DNA from: Candidatus Latescibacterota bacterium
Lineage (GTDB): Bacteria; Latescibacterota; UBA2968; GCA-2709665
Direction: 5' to 3'
Assembly: GCA_965203805.1 (NCBI GenBank)
Contig: OZ241917.1
Location: 608,001-672,000 of the forward strand
DNA length: 64,000 bases
Of this stretch, positions 1-9,661 are shown in pieces. Below the pieces are notes generated by a model, which was not told where the DNA came from, made no database searches, and saw only the letters and a list, made by a program, of their open reading frames with translations. Position 1 is the first letter of the stretch, and every line of letters starts with the position of its first letter. A program made the position numbers and the translations under genes.

Positions 1-1
1 C

Positions 2-1555
2 CCGGGCGTCACCGAGAGTTTTTTCCTTGGGATCGAGAAGGGCGCGGGGGTGCCGTGGGGGGCGTGGCTCGGCCCCGTTTTCTGGGCGATGTCCGCCGGC
101 GCGGCGATGACCGCCATCGGGATTGGGCTTACGGCGGTCTTCCAAAAGCAGTGGGTCCGGCACGAGCGACTCACCTATCCCCTGGCACAGGTGCCGATTG
201 ATCTGACGGAAGGATTCGACAGGAAACGAGGCTGGCCGCCGTTTGTGCGGCGGTGGATTTTCTGGGTGGGCTTCGCAATATCGGCCGTCCCCCTGTTGTG
301 GAACCTGATCGAATACTGGAGTCCCGGCTTTCCCCGCCTGGCGATTTTCGACGCCTATTACGGCCCGACCGGCCCCAGGGGTGCGGAGTTATCGCGTTAT
401 CTGCAGCCCTTTTCCTACCGAATGTTGCCCACCGTCCTGGGCTTTACGTTTCTGTGCGATCTGAATATCCTGTTCAGCATATGGTCGCTGTGGATCTCCG
501 GACAACTGGGCCTGTACGCAATGTCCAGGGTTGGATTCTCCGTGGGGCTGGTCGGGCAGGAAGCCAAACCGTCCACAATACTCGGTCTGTTCACCCACGG
601 CGTCAGCATGGGCCTGGTGGTATGGACCCTGTGGGCGGCCCGGGGTCACCTGAAGAGGGTATTTCGGCAGGTCGTCCTGCCGCGAGATGACGAAGAGCCG
701 GAGACTGCGATTCTGTCTCCCCGGCTGGCTCTCTCTGCGGTGCTGGCCGGCGGTCTCTATATGGTCTTCTGGCTGAACAGGGCGGGCTACAGCGTATCCA
801 TCGGTCTGTGCTGGTTGCTGCTCTTCTGGGCGAGCATCCTGGTTGTGATGAAATTCCTGGCCGCAAGCGGGTTTGCCTATCTGTTTCCCAGTTTCGGCAC
901 CTCGATTCTGAACATGACCGTGGGTGCAAACCGGATGAATGAGTCCACCCTGGTAGGGCTTCGCCTGGTGAACTGGCGGCTTCTGGCGGGCTGGCGGCTG
1001 CCGGCGGCGCTGCCTCACGTGGAACGGCTGGTCGGGCGATCGGGGCGTACTGGATGGGTGGTGGCCGTCAGCCTGGTCGCGGGCATGCTGGCGGCGATCG
1101 TCTACACGGTTTCCATCTGTTACCAGGAGGGCGGCAGCACGTTCCGCACGTGGTCTCTGGTAGGCGCGCCAAGAGGAATGTACGAGGGAATCGCGAAAGC
1201 GGTTGCGGATACGGATCCCGAGGTCACCGATCCGGGGAAAATCGGCGTGTGGGTCCTCGGGGCCCTGACTGCGGGCGCCATCCAGTTGATGCAGAGCCGA
1301 TTCTCCTGGTGGCCGCTGCATCCGCTCGGGGTCATGCTGATGTCGAGCGGTTACGTTCGGCTCTACGTGCTGGACATATTCCTGGTGTGGCTGGCCAAGT
1401 TGATGGTGCTCCGTTTTGGCGGCATCTCACTCTACCGCCGCGTCAAACCGTGTTGTTACGGATTGATCGTGGGCTACGTTTTCGCGGTGGGCTGTTCCTT
1501 TCTGGTGGATCTGATCTGGTTTCCTGAAGGCGGGCACTACATCCATGGGTATTAG
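2..1555 (+). CDS. DUF6785/DUF6784-type polytopic membrane protein, putative transporter (5' end outside window)
   Basis: Frame is open from position 2. Many TM helices and family-like motifs (QWVRHERLTYPL, WWPLHPLG, KLMVLRFGG). Confidence 0.7.
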   Translation, partial: PGVTESFFLGIEKGAGVPWGAWLGPVFWAMSAGAAMTAIGIGLTAVFQKQWVRHERLTYPLAQVPIDLTEGFDRKRGWPPFVRRWIFWVGFAISAVPLLWNLIEYWSPGFPRLAIFDAYYGPTGPRGAELSRYLQPFSYRMLPTVLGFTFLCDLNILFSIWSLWISGQLGLYAMSRVGFSVGLVGQEAKPSTILGLFTHGVSMGLVVWTLWAARGHLKRVFRQVVLPRDDEEPETAILSPRLALSAVLAGGLYMVFWLNRAGYSVSIGLCWLLLFWASILVVMKFLAASGFAYLFPSFGTSILNMTVGANRMNESTLVGLRLVNWRLLAGWRLPAALPHVERLVGRSGRTGWVVAVSLVAGMLAAIVYTVSICYQEGGSTFRTWSLVGAPRGMYEGIAKAVADTDPEVTDPGKIGVWVLGALTAGAIQLMQSRFSWWPLHPLGVMLMSSGYVRLYVLDIFLVWLAKLMVLRFGGISLYRRVKPCCYGLIVGYVFAVGCSFLVDLIWFPEGGHYIHGY

Positions 1556-2321
1556 TGAATCGGCGCGCGACGCGGCCATCGACGTCCGCGGCGTAAACAA
1601 GGTGTTCGAGAGCGACGCGGCGCGGGTGGTGGCGCTGAGGGACGTGAATCTGCAGGTTCCGCGGGGCGCTTTCGTGAGTGTCGTCGGTCCCTCCGGTTGC
1701 GGCAAGACCAGCCTGATGCGCATCGTCGGTGACCTGGAGGTCCCCACGTCGGGAACCGTTCGCGTGAACGGGAAGATGCCGGGAGATGCGAGAAAAGCCA
1801 GGGAAATCGGCGTGGTTTTTCAAAGTCCCGCGTTGCTCGGCTGGCGGACGGTGGCAGAGAACGTGGGGTTGCCGGGTGAGATTTTCAACGATAGCGGGGT
1901 GGCGGCCAAGGCCCATGAAATGGTGCGGACCGTGGGGCTGGAGGGTTTCGAGCAGTCCTATCCAAGGCAATTGTCGGGTGGTATGCAGTCGAGGGTGGCC
2001 ATCGCCCGCGCGCTGACGTACAGGCCCGCCGTGCTGCTGATGGACGAACCGTTCGGCGCCCTGGACGAAATGACGCGCGAGCGAATGCAATTGGAACTGC
2101 TCCGTATCTGGAGGGGGGCAAGGCCCGCGGTCCTGTTCATTACCCACAGCATTCCCGAGGCCGTTCTGCTTTCGGACCGCGTCGTGGTGATGTCGCCCCG
2201 GCCGGGCCGGCTGGTCGAAGACGTGGCGGTGGATCTGCCAAGACCCAGAAACTCGGAACTGCTTGCCCGGCCGCGTTTCGTTGAAATGGTGACGCACCTC
2301 AGGACGCTGCTGGGGGGTTAA
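1545..2321 (+). CDS. ABC transporter ATP-binding protein, NitT/TauT/SsuB family
   Basis: Walker A GPSGCGKT, signature LSGGMQSR, Walker B LLMDEPFGALD, ITHSIPEAV. Confidence 0.95.
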   Translation: MGISESARDAAIDVRGVNKVFESDAARVVALRDVNLQVPRGAFVSVVGPSGCGKTSLMRIVGDLEVPTSGTVRVNGKMPGDARKAREIGVVFQSPALLGWRTVAENVGLPGEIFNDSGVAAKAHEMVRTVGLEGFEQSYPRQLSGGMQSRVAIARALTYRPAVLLMDEPFGALDEMTRERMQLELLRIWRGARPAVLFITHSIPEAVLLSDRVVVMSPRPGRLVEDVAVDLPRPRNSELLARPRFVEMVTHLRTLLGG

Positions 2322-2347
2322 TCACCGGGGAAACCGAACCTGTCCGA

Positions 2348-3319
2348 TCAGGGTACAGGGGGCAGCAGGTCGGCAACGAAGAGCCCTGCTATGTCTATCT
2401 TTCGGTCGATGAGACCCAGGTCGAACAGAATGTCCTGTGTATGCGACCACCGTACCGTGGTTTGCGCACCCAGCCCGAGGCGTTCCACGTCCGGGCTCAT
2501 CAATATGGGGATCAGCTGTTCGAAATTGGCGCGATTGAAGCCGGCATCGCTCTCCGGGCGCTCGGCCATGTATGCGGCAACGGCGTCATCCGGGTGGTCG
2601 ACGGCGTAGCGCCAGCCTTTCAGGCTCGCGTGGACGAATCTGCGCACGATGTCCGGATTGTCTTCAAGGTAGTCGGCATTGGCAATAATGTTGGTGCTGT
2701 ACAGGTCGATACCGTATGCGGCGAATGAAATGCGGGTCACCGCCCGCCCCCGGAGTTCGACGGTGACCGGCTGGTCTTCGGTATACCCCAGCATGGCATC
2801 GACCTTTCCCGCAAGCAGGGGGGCAGGGCTGGATTCCGTCATTCCCATCACCTGCAAACTGTCTTCATCGATGCCCACCTTCTTGAGAAAAGCCTGGAAT
2901 TCCCGGTGTTTGGTACCTCCGACGTTAACGCCGACCCGTTTGCCGATCAGATCATCCGGTTTTCGGATGTTGTTCTCTTCCAGCGCGTACACCACAACCG
3001 GCGAATGCTGGTTGATCACGGCGAGGGAGACCACGGGGATGTCTCTCGCGCGGGCAATGACCGTAGCCGATCCGCTGGAAATCCCGAGCGGGTATTTTCC
3101 GCTTCCCACCAGACGTGCCGTTGTGGGTGCGCCGGTGCCTTCGAGTATCTCAACCGCGATCCCCTTGGCGTCGTAATATCCTTTTGCCTTTGCCACAAAG
3201 AAGCCGGCGTGCTCCATCTGGGCCTTCCAGTCCAGAAGCAGCTGAATCCGGTGTCGTGTATCGGGCGGACTGCCGCACGCAGTCAGCAAAGCGAAGAGAA
3301 GCCAGACAAGACGGTTCAT
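2348..3319 (-). CDS. ABC substrate-binding lipoprotein, NMT1/THI5-like
   Basis: Start MNRLVWLLFALLTAC (lipobox); LDW...HAGFFVAKAKGYY...G.VEI motif. Confidence 0.88.
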   Translation of the reverse strand: MNRLVWLLFALLTACGSPPDTRHRIQLLLDWKAQMEHAGFFVAKAKGYYDAKGIAVEILEGTGAPTTARLVGSGKYPLGISSGSATVIARARDIPVVSLAVINQHSPVVVYALEENNIRKPDDLIGKRVGVNVGGTKHREFQAFLKKVGIDEDSLQVMGMTESSPAPLLAGKVDAMLGYTEDQPVTVELRGRAVTRISFAAYGIDLYSTNIIANADYLEDNPDIVRRFVHASLKGWRYAVDHPDDAVAAYMAERPESDAGFNRANFEQLIPILMSPDVERLGLGAQTTVRWSHTQDILFDLGLIDRKIDIAGLFVADLLPPVP

Positions 3320-3353
3320 CGAGACCCTCCCGGTAAGAGGTCTGCGTGGAAGT

Positions 3354-4145
3354 TTAACGCCTGAGCGGCTCATGGAAATCACCCCAGCGTCTGAGCAGGA
3401 GTTTTTCCAGGCCTTCAACGATGAGGAAGAGGAGTGTGCCCATCGCGCCCAGCACCACCAGCGCTGCGAACATGAGATCGGTTGCCAGCTCGGAGTTGGC
3501 CAGCCGCGTGAGATGTCCCAGGCCGGCGCTCGCGCCCACGAATTCTCCCACCACCGCACCGATAACGCTCAGGGTGACACAGATTTTAAGGGCGGCGAAG
3601 AGATATGGAATCGCATGCGGCAGGCGGACTTTAATCAGTATCTGCCGTCTTCCCGCGGATAGCGCCCGCATCAGATCCAGAATGAGCGGATCTACGGCGA
3701 GCAGGCCGCGTGTCGTGTTGATGATGACAGGGAAAAAGGAAATGAGCGCGGCGATGACGACCTTGGGAAACAGTCCGAGGCCGAACCAGACGATGAAGAG
3801 AGGAGCCAGCGCTTCTTTCGGGAAGGTCTGGGAGGAGATGACGATGGGATAGAGCATTCGCTCGATAATGGGAGATCGAGCCATCAGAATGGCGCCCGCG
3901 ACGCCCGTACCGGCGCCAAGCAAAAAACCCCAGAGCGCTTCCTGCAGGGTCACCCAGGCATGGGACAACAGCGTGTAGCGCGCCGAAATCAGTTTACCGA
4001 GGATTCGGGACGGCGCGGGCAGGATATAGTCGGCGATGTTCCAGGCGATTACCAGCAGTTCCCAGATGCCGAGCGTGACGAAAACGAACCCAAGGGACAG
4101 GCCGTACTCCCGGACGAGGGCGCGGACGACGTTGACCAGGATCAC
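3354..4145 (-). CDS. ABC transporter permease, NitT/TauT family
   Basis: LPAPS.I, APLFIVWFG.G, VRLPHAIPY, AVVGEFVG motifs; GTG start overlaps the upstream TGA (GTGA). Confidence 0.9.
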   Translation of the reverse strand: MILVNVVRALVREYGLSLGFVFVTLGIWELLVIAWNIADYILPAPSRILGKLISARYTLLSHAWVTLQEALWGFLLGAGTGVAGAILMARSPIIERMLYPIVISSQTFPKEALAPLFIVWFGLGLFPKVVIAALISFFPVIINTTRGLLAVDPLILDLMRALSAGRRQILIKVRLPHAIPYLFAALKICVTLSVIGAVVGEFVGASAGLGHLTRLANSELATDLMFAALVVLGAMGTLLFLIVEGLEKLLLRRWGDFHEPLRR

Positions 4146-4519
4146 CGCTCGAACAGGATGATCTGGGCCTGGATCGCGCCGGCCTGGTTCTGATATTCGG
4201 GGTTTTCGTTCATCGCCATAAACAGTGGTCCTTCGTAGGGTGAAAAAAGGTCGAAGTAGACCCCTGCCGCCAGGGGCGGGTTGTCCGGTCCGATTCTGCA
4301 GATCAGGGCGCCCACGTTGGTGCCCGGGAGAAGGTACTCGTCCCCGGCCAGGAGGCCTTCGACGCCGTTCGCGCCACACCAGGTGATCGTGGCAGGACGC
4401 ATCTCGGGCGACCAGATGCCTTCGGCCGAAATGACGACTCGCTGATCCTTCTGGACCCGCAGATACAACTCCTGCCAGATCGCGTTCGGACGGACGGTCT
4501 TGTTGATGGTCAGCGGCAT
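4142..4519 (-). CDS. LecA/PA-IL-like lectin-fold protein
   Basis: 125 aa; ISAEGIWS, GALICRIG and MNENPEYQNQAG resemble PA-IL IVAAGWAS, GALVMKIG and YNDVPGTYGNNSG (by eye). Confidence 0.55.
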   Translation of the reverse strand: MPLTINKTVRPNAIWQELYLRVQKDQRVVISAEGIWSPEMRPATITWCGANGVEGLLAGDEYLLPGTNVGALICRIGPDNPPLAAGVYFDLFSPYEGPLFMAMNENPEYQNQAGAIQAQIILFER

Positions 4520-4670
4520 GGGGCGGAATTCTCGATTGCAGGTCTGATAAAAGGAGTCGGTCGCCTGCTACAAGATAGGACCGTGTGCCGCCAATGTCAA
4601 GAGGGAGGTCCGAGGGCGACCTGCTGCCGGTCGAGCCACGGAATCGGTCGGAAGGCCGAAGGGATCCACG

Positions 4671-6434
4671 ATGAAATTCCATATGACCCTGGACTTCAGG
4701 GACGACTTCACCGCCGCCGAGGTGCCGTGGACCGCCGAGAGATTCCGTGAATATATCCGGCTCGTGGCCGACCTGGGGATGCAGGGCATTCATTGGATCG
4801 AGATGGGGGATAAGGAGATGGGCAAGTGGGATCGGGGTTCTTCGACCGATCTCAGGGGTGGCGCCCGCGCGTTCGTGGAGGCCGTACCCGACCCCCTGGC
4901 GTTCCTGTGCGAAGAGGCCCATCGCGCCGGCATGAAAGTATACGCGGTACACAAGATCAACGATATGGCCAGCTTCGGGCCGGGCCGGTTTTATCCTCTG
5001 GGTGCGGCGCCCGACGTATTGCCGGGCATTCCCCAGATCGGCGGATCGGGCCAGATGGCGTTCCGGTGGCTTCGCGAGCATCCGGACCGGCGCGTGGAGA
5101 TTCATCCTTCTTTGTTGGAGACAGCGCGCATCCGGAAACCGGTGCGTACGATCCGCTTCTGGCACGAAACCGACCGCCTTGAAAGGGCTCCGGACGTTCA
5201 GCTGTTTGTCAGCGAGACGAATGCGCAATACGCACCCTACGGGGGCGGCGGCAGAACCGACGTTTCCGTACGGAAGAGAACGCCGCCGGCATTTGCGCCC
5301 GCGCCGGAGAGGCGTCTGGCGAAGACAGGGGAATTCGCATGCGTCGAAATTACCGGGCTTGAGATATCACAACCGTTTTTCTGCGTCCGCTTTAATGGCG
5401 CAGCCGGCCTTACCAATACACTGACGGCCCTCATGGAGGTTGAGGACGCCGCCGGAGAACCCGTCGCCTTCACCTGGGGATTCTTCCCGAGGTCCGACTA
5501 TTCGAGATCTCTCGGTACGTTCGAGAAAGCCGGCATCGGGTTTGACGCCAACTGGTACATTCCTTTTGAAGACCATCCGGGAAAACACGACTGGCAGCAT
5601 TCCGCGGGAAGGTACCGGCTGAACCTGGATAAGGTGCCCTTTGTCGGGATCGCCCGCGGCAGAAACCGATACCTGACGTCTGCGGTCGAACTCGGTTATC
5701 CCGACGTCAGACGCTGGCTGCTCGATATCGTTCAGTATGAGCTGGACGCCGGCTGCGACGGGGTGGACATACGGGTCGAGAGCCATACTCAGAATATGGA
5801 TCTTGAGAATTACGGATTCGGGAAGCCCGTTGTCGACGCGTTTCGGAATCGATACGGCGTTGACATCACGCGCGAGTCGTTCGACCGGGGCGCATGGCGG
5901 AAGCTGCGGGGAGAACATTTCGATATTTTTCTCAAGGACGCGTCCGACCTGGTCCGATCACAGGGGAAGGAACAATGGATACACCTGACCGGATATCCCG
6001 GCATGGACCGGGAGCCCCGTCAACCGAGTCTGCATCAGATGTACTGGAACTGGCGGAAATGGCTGACGGAAGGCTGGGTGGACGTTGTGAATTTCAAGCG
6101 ATTTCAGCTGAGCGGGCTTTCGCCCGGTCAGCAGGAGGAAATCGACGGGTTCTACAGGAAGGCCCGGAACGTCTGCCGGGAACTCGGACTGCGAATGGCC
6201 TGCACCCCCAATCCGAGATACGAGGGCATGAGCGAGCAGGATTTCGTGGACATGGAGCTGCGGAACATCCATCGTATCGCACGGGACGGGTTCGAGGTCT
6301 ACAACTTCTATGAGGGGTGTACGTACATTCGCCTGACCGAGCACGGATTCCATGTTGGCGCGCAGGACCTGTGGCGTAGAATCCGCGATTGGCGTCAGGA
6401 AGACAATCGCGTACCGGGGCGGGGCGGCTCTTGA
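4671..6434 (+). CDS. Hypothetical TIM-barrel protein, glycoside hydrolase-like (GHL10-like)
   Basis: Long ORF with DPLAFLCEEAHRAGMKVY, YPDVRRW and GCDGVDI segments typical of GHL10-like barrels. Confidence 0.55.
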   Translation: MKFHMTLDFRDDFTAAEVPWTAERFREYIRLVADLGMQGIHWIEMGDKEMGKWDRGSSTDLRGGARAFVEAVPDPLAFLCEEAHRAGMKVYAVHKINDMASFGPGRFYPLGAAPDVLPGIPQIGGSGQMAFRWLREHPDRRVEIHPSLLETARIRKPVRTIRFWHETDRLERAPDVQLFVSETNAQYAPYGGGGRTDVSVRKRTPPAFAPAPERRLAKTGEFACVEITGLEISQPFFCVRFNGAAGLTNTLTALMEVEDAAGEPVAFTWGFFPRSDYSRSLGTFEKAGIGFDANWYIPFEDHPGKHDWQHSAGRYRLNLDKVPFVGIARGRNRYLTSAVELGYPDVRRWLLDIVQYELDAGCDGVDIRVESHTQNMDLENYGFGKPVVDAFRNRYGVDITRESFDRGAWRKLRGEHFDIFLKDASDLVRSQGKEQWIHLTGYPGMDREPRQPSLHQMYWNWRKWLTEGWVDVVNFKRFQLSGLSPGQQEEIDGFYRKARNVCRELGLRMACTPNPRYEGMSEQDFVDMELRNIHRIARDGFEVYNFYEGCTYIRLTEHGFHVGAQDLWRRIRDWRQEDNRVPGRGGS

Positions 6435-6478
6435 ACACTCGGCCGTTGCCCGGTTGCGGGAAAGGGGATACGTGAGCG

Positions 6479-8026
6479 ATGTGGAACGACGTAATCAACG
6501 TGGGAACCGGAAAACAGTTGTTCGTGGATTCGAAGTTCGTCGAAACCAGCGCGGGCGTGTCGTTTGTCATGAACCCGCCGTATCAGGTGGACGAACCGGT
6601 ATTGATGCCCGATACGCCCTGGGAACGGCTCGCCGGAGCGTGTTTCGGCGTCTATAGCAGCATCCTCAAGGGAGACGACGGAAAGATCCGCGTCTGGGTT
6701 CACGTTCGCACCGGAGTCTACCAGTCCGGCCGGGACGAAGCCCACATCGCCTACGCCGAGTCCGTCGACGGCATCCATTTCACCCGGCCGGTGCTGGATC
6801 TGGTTGAATCGAATGGAACGAAAGAAAACAATGTCGTAATCCCGGCCAACATCGGCGGAAGTTCCGCATGGATCGACCCGCACGCGCCGCCTGAGTCTCG
6901 CTATAAGACCCAGGCGAAAGTCTATTCGCCACCCGAGGTATGGGGACATCTGCACATGCACGGATCGCCCGATGGGATTCACTGGAAGCTCTTGTACGAC
7001 GTGGCGTTGAGTCGCGGCGGGTGGGATACGCAGACCATCGTGTTCTGGGATCCGGCGGTCGGGCGCTACGCGATGTATACCCGGCACTGGTTTGCGAAAC
7101 GGCATGGGACGGCAGAAGGCAATCTAAACTACCGGACGGTGCGCAGGCTGGAATCCGAAGATTTGCAGGAATGGGGAAATCAGCGAATCGTCATGCGGCC
7201 CGACGACACCGATATGGACACATACGATACGCCCTTTCCCCTTCGCCCCGAAGGGCCGGAACGTCCTTACGGGCGGGCGCCGATGGACTACTACGGGGCA
7301 TCGGTATTCAAATACCCGGACCCCGACGGCGTGTACGTCATGCTGGCCAACGCAAACTGGTATTGGTTCGACCGCGAACCCGTGGTCACCGTGGTCCGCG
7401 ACGATATGGGCGTTGCGCGGGAGGAGACGCAGAATATCTACGGCCCCAGCCGTTTCGACGTCCGTCTGTCCGTCAGCCGGGACGGTATTCATTTTCAGCG
7501 GTGCGGCGGGCGCAAGCCCATTCTGAAGCCCGGCAGGGAGGGAAGTTTCTCGTCCCGCATGGTGTGGGCGATGCCGAATCCGATACAGATGGAGGACGAG
7601 TTGTGGATCTATTATAGCGGAATGAACAGGGACCACGACGGTATCGTCGATCCAATGGCGGGGAAACTTCTCAGCGGCATCGGGCGCGCCGTGATGCGCC
7701 TGGACGGGTTTGTGTCCGCGGATGCCGGCTACGGAGGCGGTGAACTGGTCACGCCACCGGTTCGATTTGAGGGGACGCAACTGGAATTGAACCTGGATAC
7801 CGGCGGGGGAGGTTCCGCGAAGGTTGAACTACAGGATCATCTGGGCCGGCCGATCGCGAAATTCGCCGAATCGGACGCGTCCTATCTCTGCGGCAATTCG
7901 GTTCGAATGCCCGTACGTTGGGGCGAGAGAAGCCACCTGGGCGAACTGGCGGGCCAACCGGTCAGGATACGCTTTGTCATGCGCGACTGCAAGCTTTATG
8001 CGTTTCAGTTCACGACACCGGGGTGA
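6479..8026 (+). CDS. Five-bladed beta-propeller glycoside hydrolase-like protein (GH32/43/130-like)
   Basis: QLFVD start, repeated S.DGIH[FW] Asp-box motifs, RLDGFVS and C-terminal LYAFQF. Confidence 0.7.
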   Translation: MWNDVINVGTGKQLFVDSKFVETSAGVSFVMNPPYQVDEPVLMPDTPWERLAGACFGVYSSILKGDDGKIRVWVHVRTGVYQSGRDEAHIAYAESVDGIHFTRPVLDLVESNGTKENNVVIPANIGGSSAWIDPHAPPESRYKTQAKVYSPPEVWGHLHMHGSPDGIHWKLLYDVALSRGGWDTQTIVFWDPAVGRYAMYTRHWFAKRHGTAEGNLNYRTVRRLESEDLQEWGNQRIVMRPDDTDMDTYDTPFPLRPEGPERPYGRAPMDYYGASVFKYPDPDGVYVMLANANWYWFDREPVVTVVRDDMGVAREETQNIYGPSRFDVRLSVSRDGIHFQRCGGRKPILKPGREGSFSSRMVWAMPNPIQMEDELWIYYSGMNRDHDGIVDPMAGKLLSGIGRAVMRLDGFVSADAGYGGGELVTPPVRFEGTQLELNLDTGGGGSAKVELQDHLGRPIAKFAESDASYLCGNSVRMPVRWGERSHLGELAGQPVRIRFVMRDCKLYAFQFTTPG

Positions 8027-8147
8027 TGGCGGCAGCACCGCTGAAAGTCCCGGTTTTACGGTTCCGTATTTCCGGTCGTCAAGAATGATGCGCTGAAGTG
8101 TACTGCCCCTGTGGAAGCCCGGGCCGCACATCGAATTGGAGGAGTTG

Positions 8148-8609
8148 ATGTCCGAATACAATGTCGTTGTCAAGTTCGTCAAACCGGTCCGGGTTGCTTC
8201 CCGGCGCGAATCCATTCCGGAGTTCAGCGCGATCGGTTCGGCCATGGACTGCATGTACAAAGAGGTCGTCTCGTATATCGACGAACATAACGGGAGGATC
8301 GCGGGACCGGGAATCACCGTCTGGCACGGCGCCCTGGACGCGGAGGCGGCCCTACCGGTTGAGCAGCCGCTGCCGGACGGGGATCGCGTACACGTTTGGG
8401 AGTTGCCGGGAGGCGAAATGGCCTGTGGGGTCCACCGCGGCGCTTTCGACGGTTTCCGCAAGGCATACGAGACCGTTCGCCGGTGGATAGGTGACAACGG
8501 TTACCGGATCACGGGACCCGGGCGCGAAGTCTACCTGCACTTCGCGCCGGGGGGAGACCCGAGAGACAACGTGACCGAAATACAGTTTCCCGTGGTCAAA
8601 GCGCAGTGA
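8148..8609 (+). CDS. GyrI-like small-molecule-binding domain protein
   Basis: HRGAFD...AYETVRRWI..NGY.I.GPGREVY...TEIQFPV; GGAG RBS before the ATG. Confidence 0.85.
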   Translation: MSEYNVVVKFVKPVRVASRRESIPEFSAIGSAMDCMYKEVVSYIDEHNGRIAGPGITVWHGALDAEAALPVEQPLPDGDRVHVWELPGGEMACGVHRGAFDGFRKAYETVRRWIGDNGYRITGPGREVYLHFAPGGDPRDNVTEIQFPVVKAQ

Positions 8610-8616
8610 GAAATGA

Positions 8617-9435
8617 CTACGCGTATTTTTCGAGAAGCGCCTTGCTCTTCAGAACACCCTCGTAATCGTCGGTTCTGCCTTCGAATTCAATTCCGTAGGG
8701 GTTTCCGTAGCCCGCGTCCCTGAGGATGCCGATGGCGGCGGCGCATTCGATCTCCCGTGACTCGCCGTCAGCCGCAAAGCTGAGAAATTTCGCGTGGGTC
8801 GCCCAGGCGTACGGAGCGACCCTTCTGAGGTTTTCGAGCTTGTCGTCTTCGGGCGGCCAGTTGAGAAAATCCGCAAGGACGCGGCAGTGGTCGTTTCCCA
8901 CGGCGTCCATGACCCGCAGGATGTTGTCCGGCGATACCGATACGCCCCCGTGATTCTCCATCAGCAGTCGTATGCCCGCCTGCGCGCAAAGTTCCGTGAG
9001 TTCTCGGAAGCTGTTGATGCACTGTTCAATATGCGCTTCCCTGACCGGCTCGCCCCGGCCGGGACCGGTGTTGGCGCGAAACGCGTTGCAACCCAGCGCC
9101 AGGCAGGCGTCGATCCACTTTTTGTGATTCTCAACGCCCAGTTTTCGTTCTTTTTCGTCCAGAGAGGAAAGGTCGCCGTGGCCGTCGACGGCGATGTTCA
9201 GCAGCCCGACGCCCGCATCCTCCGCGCGTTGGCGAAGTTCGTCAGGATACCCCCTGGCCAGACGACTGGTGGCGGGACTGTCCGGATTCTCGAAGACGAA
9301 GAATGGGCTATTGAGTTCCAGCAGGCGTATGTCGAATGCTTCAACGGCAAGGGCGGGAAAGTCCAGCAGACGCAGCGGGTTCTCCTGACTCCTGAACCGC
9401 CGCTGGATGCTCCAGCCTGCGAGCGAGATTTCCAT
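8617..9435 (-). CDS. Sugar phosphate isomerase/epimerase (xylose isomerase-like TIM barrel)
   Basis: LMENHGG, ADFLNW, THAK and GIEFEG metal-binding motifs; GGAGG RBS. Confidence 0.85.
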   Translation of the reverse strand: MEISLAGWSIQRRFRSQENPLRLLDFPALAVEAFDIRLLELNSPFFVFENPDSPATSRLARGYPDELRQRAEDAGVGLLNIAVDGHGDLSSLDEKERKLGVENHKKWIDACLALGCNAFRANTGPGRGEPVREAHIEQCINSFRELTELCAQAGIRLLMENHGGVSVSPDNILRVMDAVGNDHCRVLADFLNWPPEDDKLENLRRVAPYAWATHAKFLSFAADGESREIECAAAIGILRDAGYGNPYGIEFEGRTDDYEGVLKSKALLEKYA

Positions 9436-9661
9436 GGGGTTGCCTCCGTCGTTGGTCCGGGTTTGCGCTTGCTTTTGCATTGGCCTGCGAATATAATATC
9501 CCGCCGTATGCATCGCCAGCGCTTCCTGCTCGTCCGGCGCCAGGAGCAGCCTGGGGAACGCAGGCGCCCGTTGGAGGGGTCACGCGGCCCGGCCGATAAA
9601 CGGGTGCGGCGGATCTTTCTCACGGATGCGGGTTTCGACCCTGTGATCGAAAGGATATCCC

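Noticed and set aside
3354-5228. 624-aa ORF as a single large protein
   Set aside because: Only the last ~263 aa are permease; the rest overlaps the lectin-like gene and the opposite-strand 587-aa gene.
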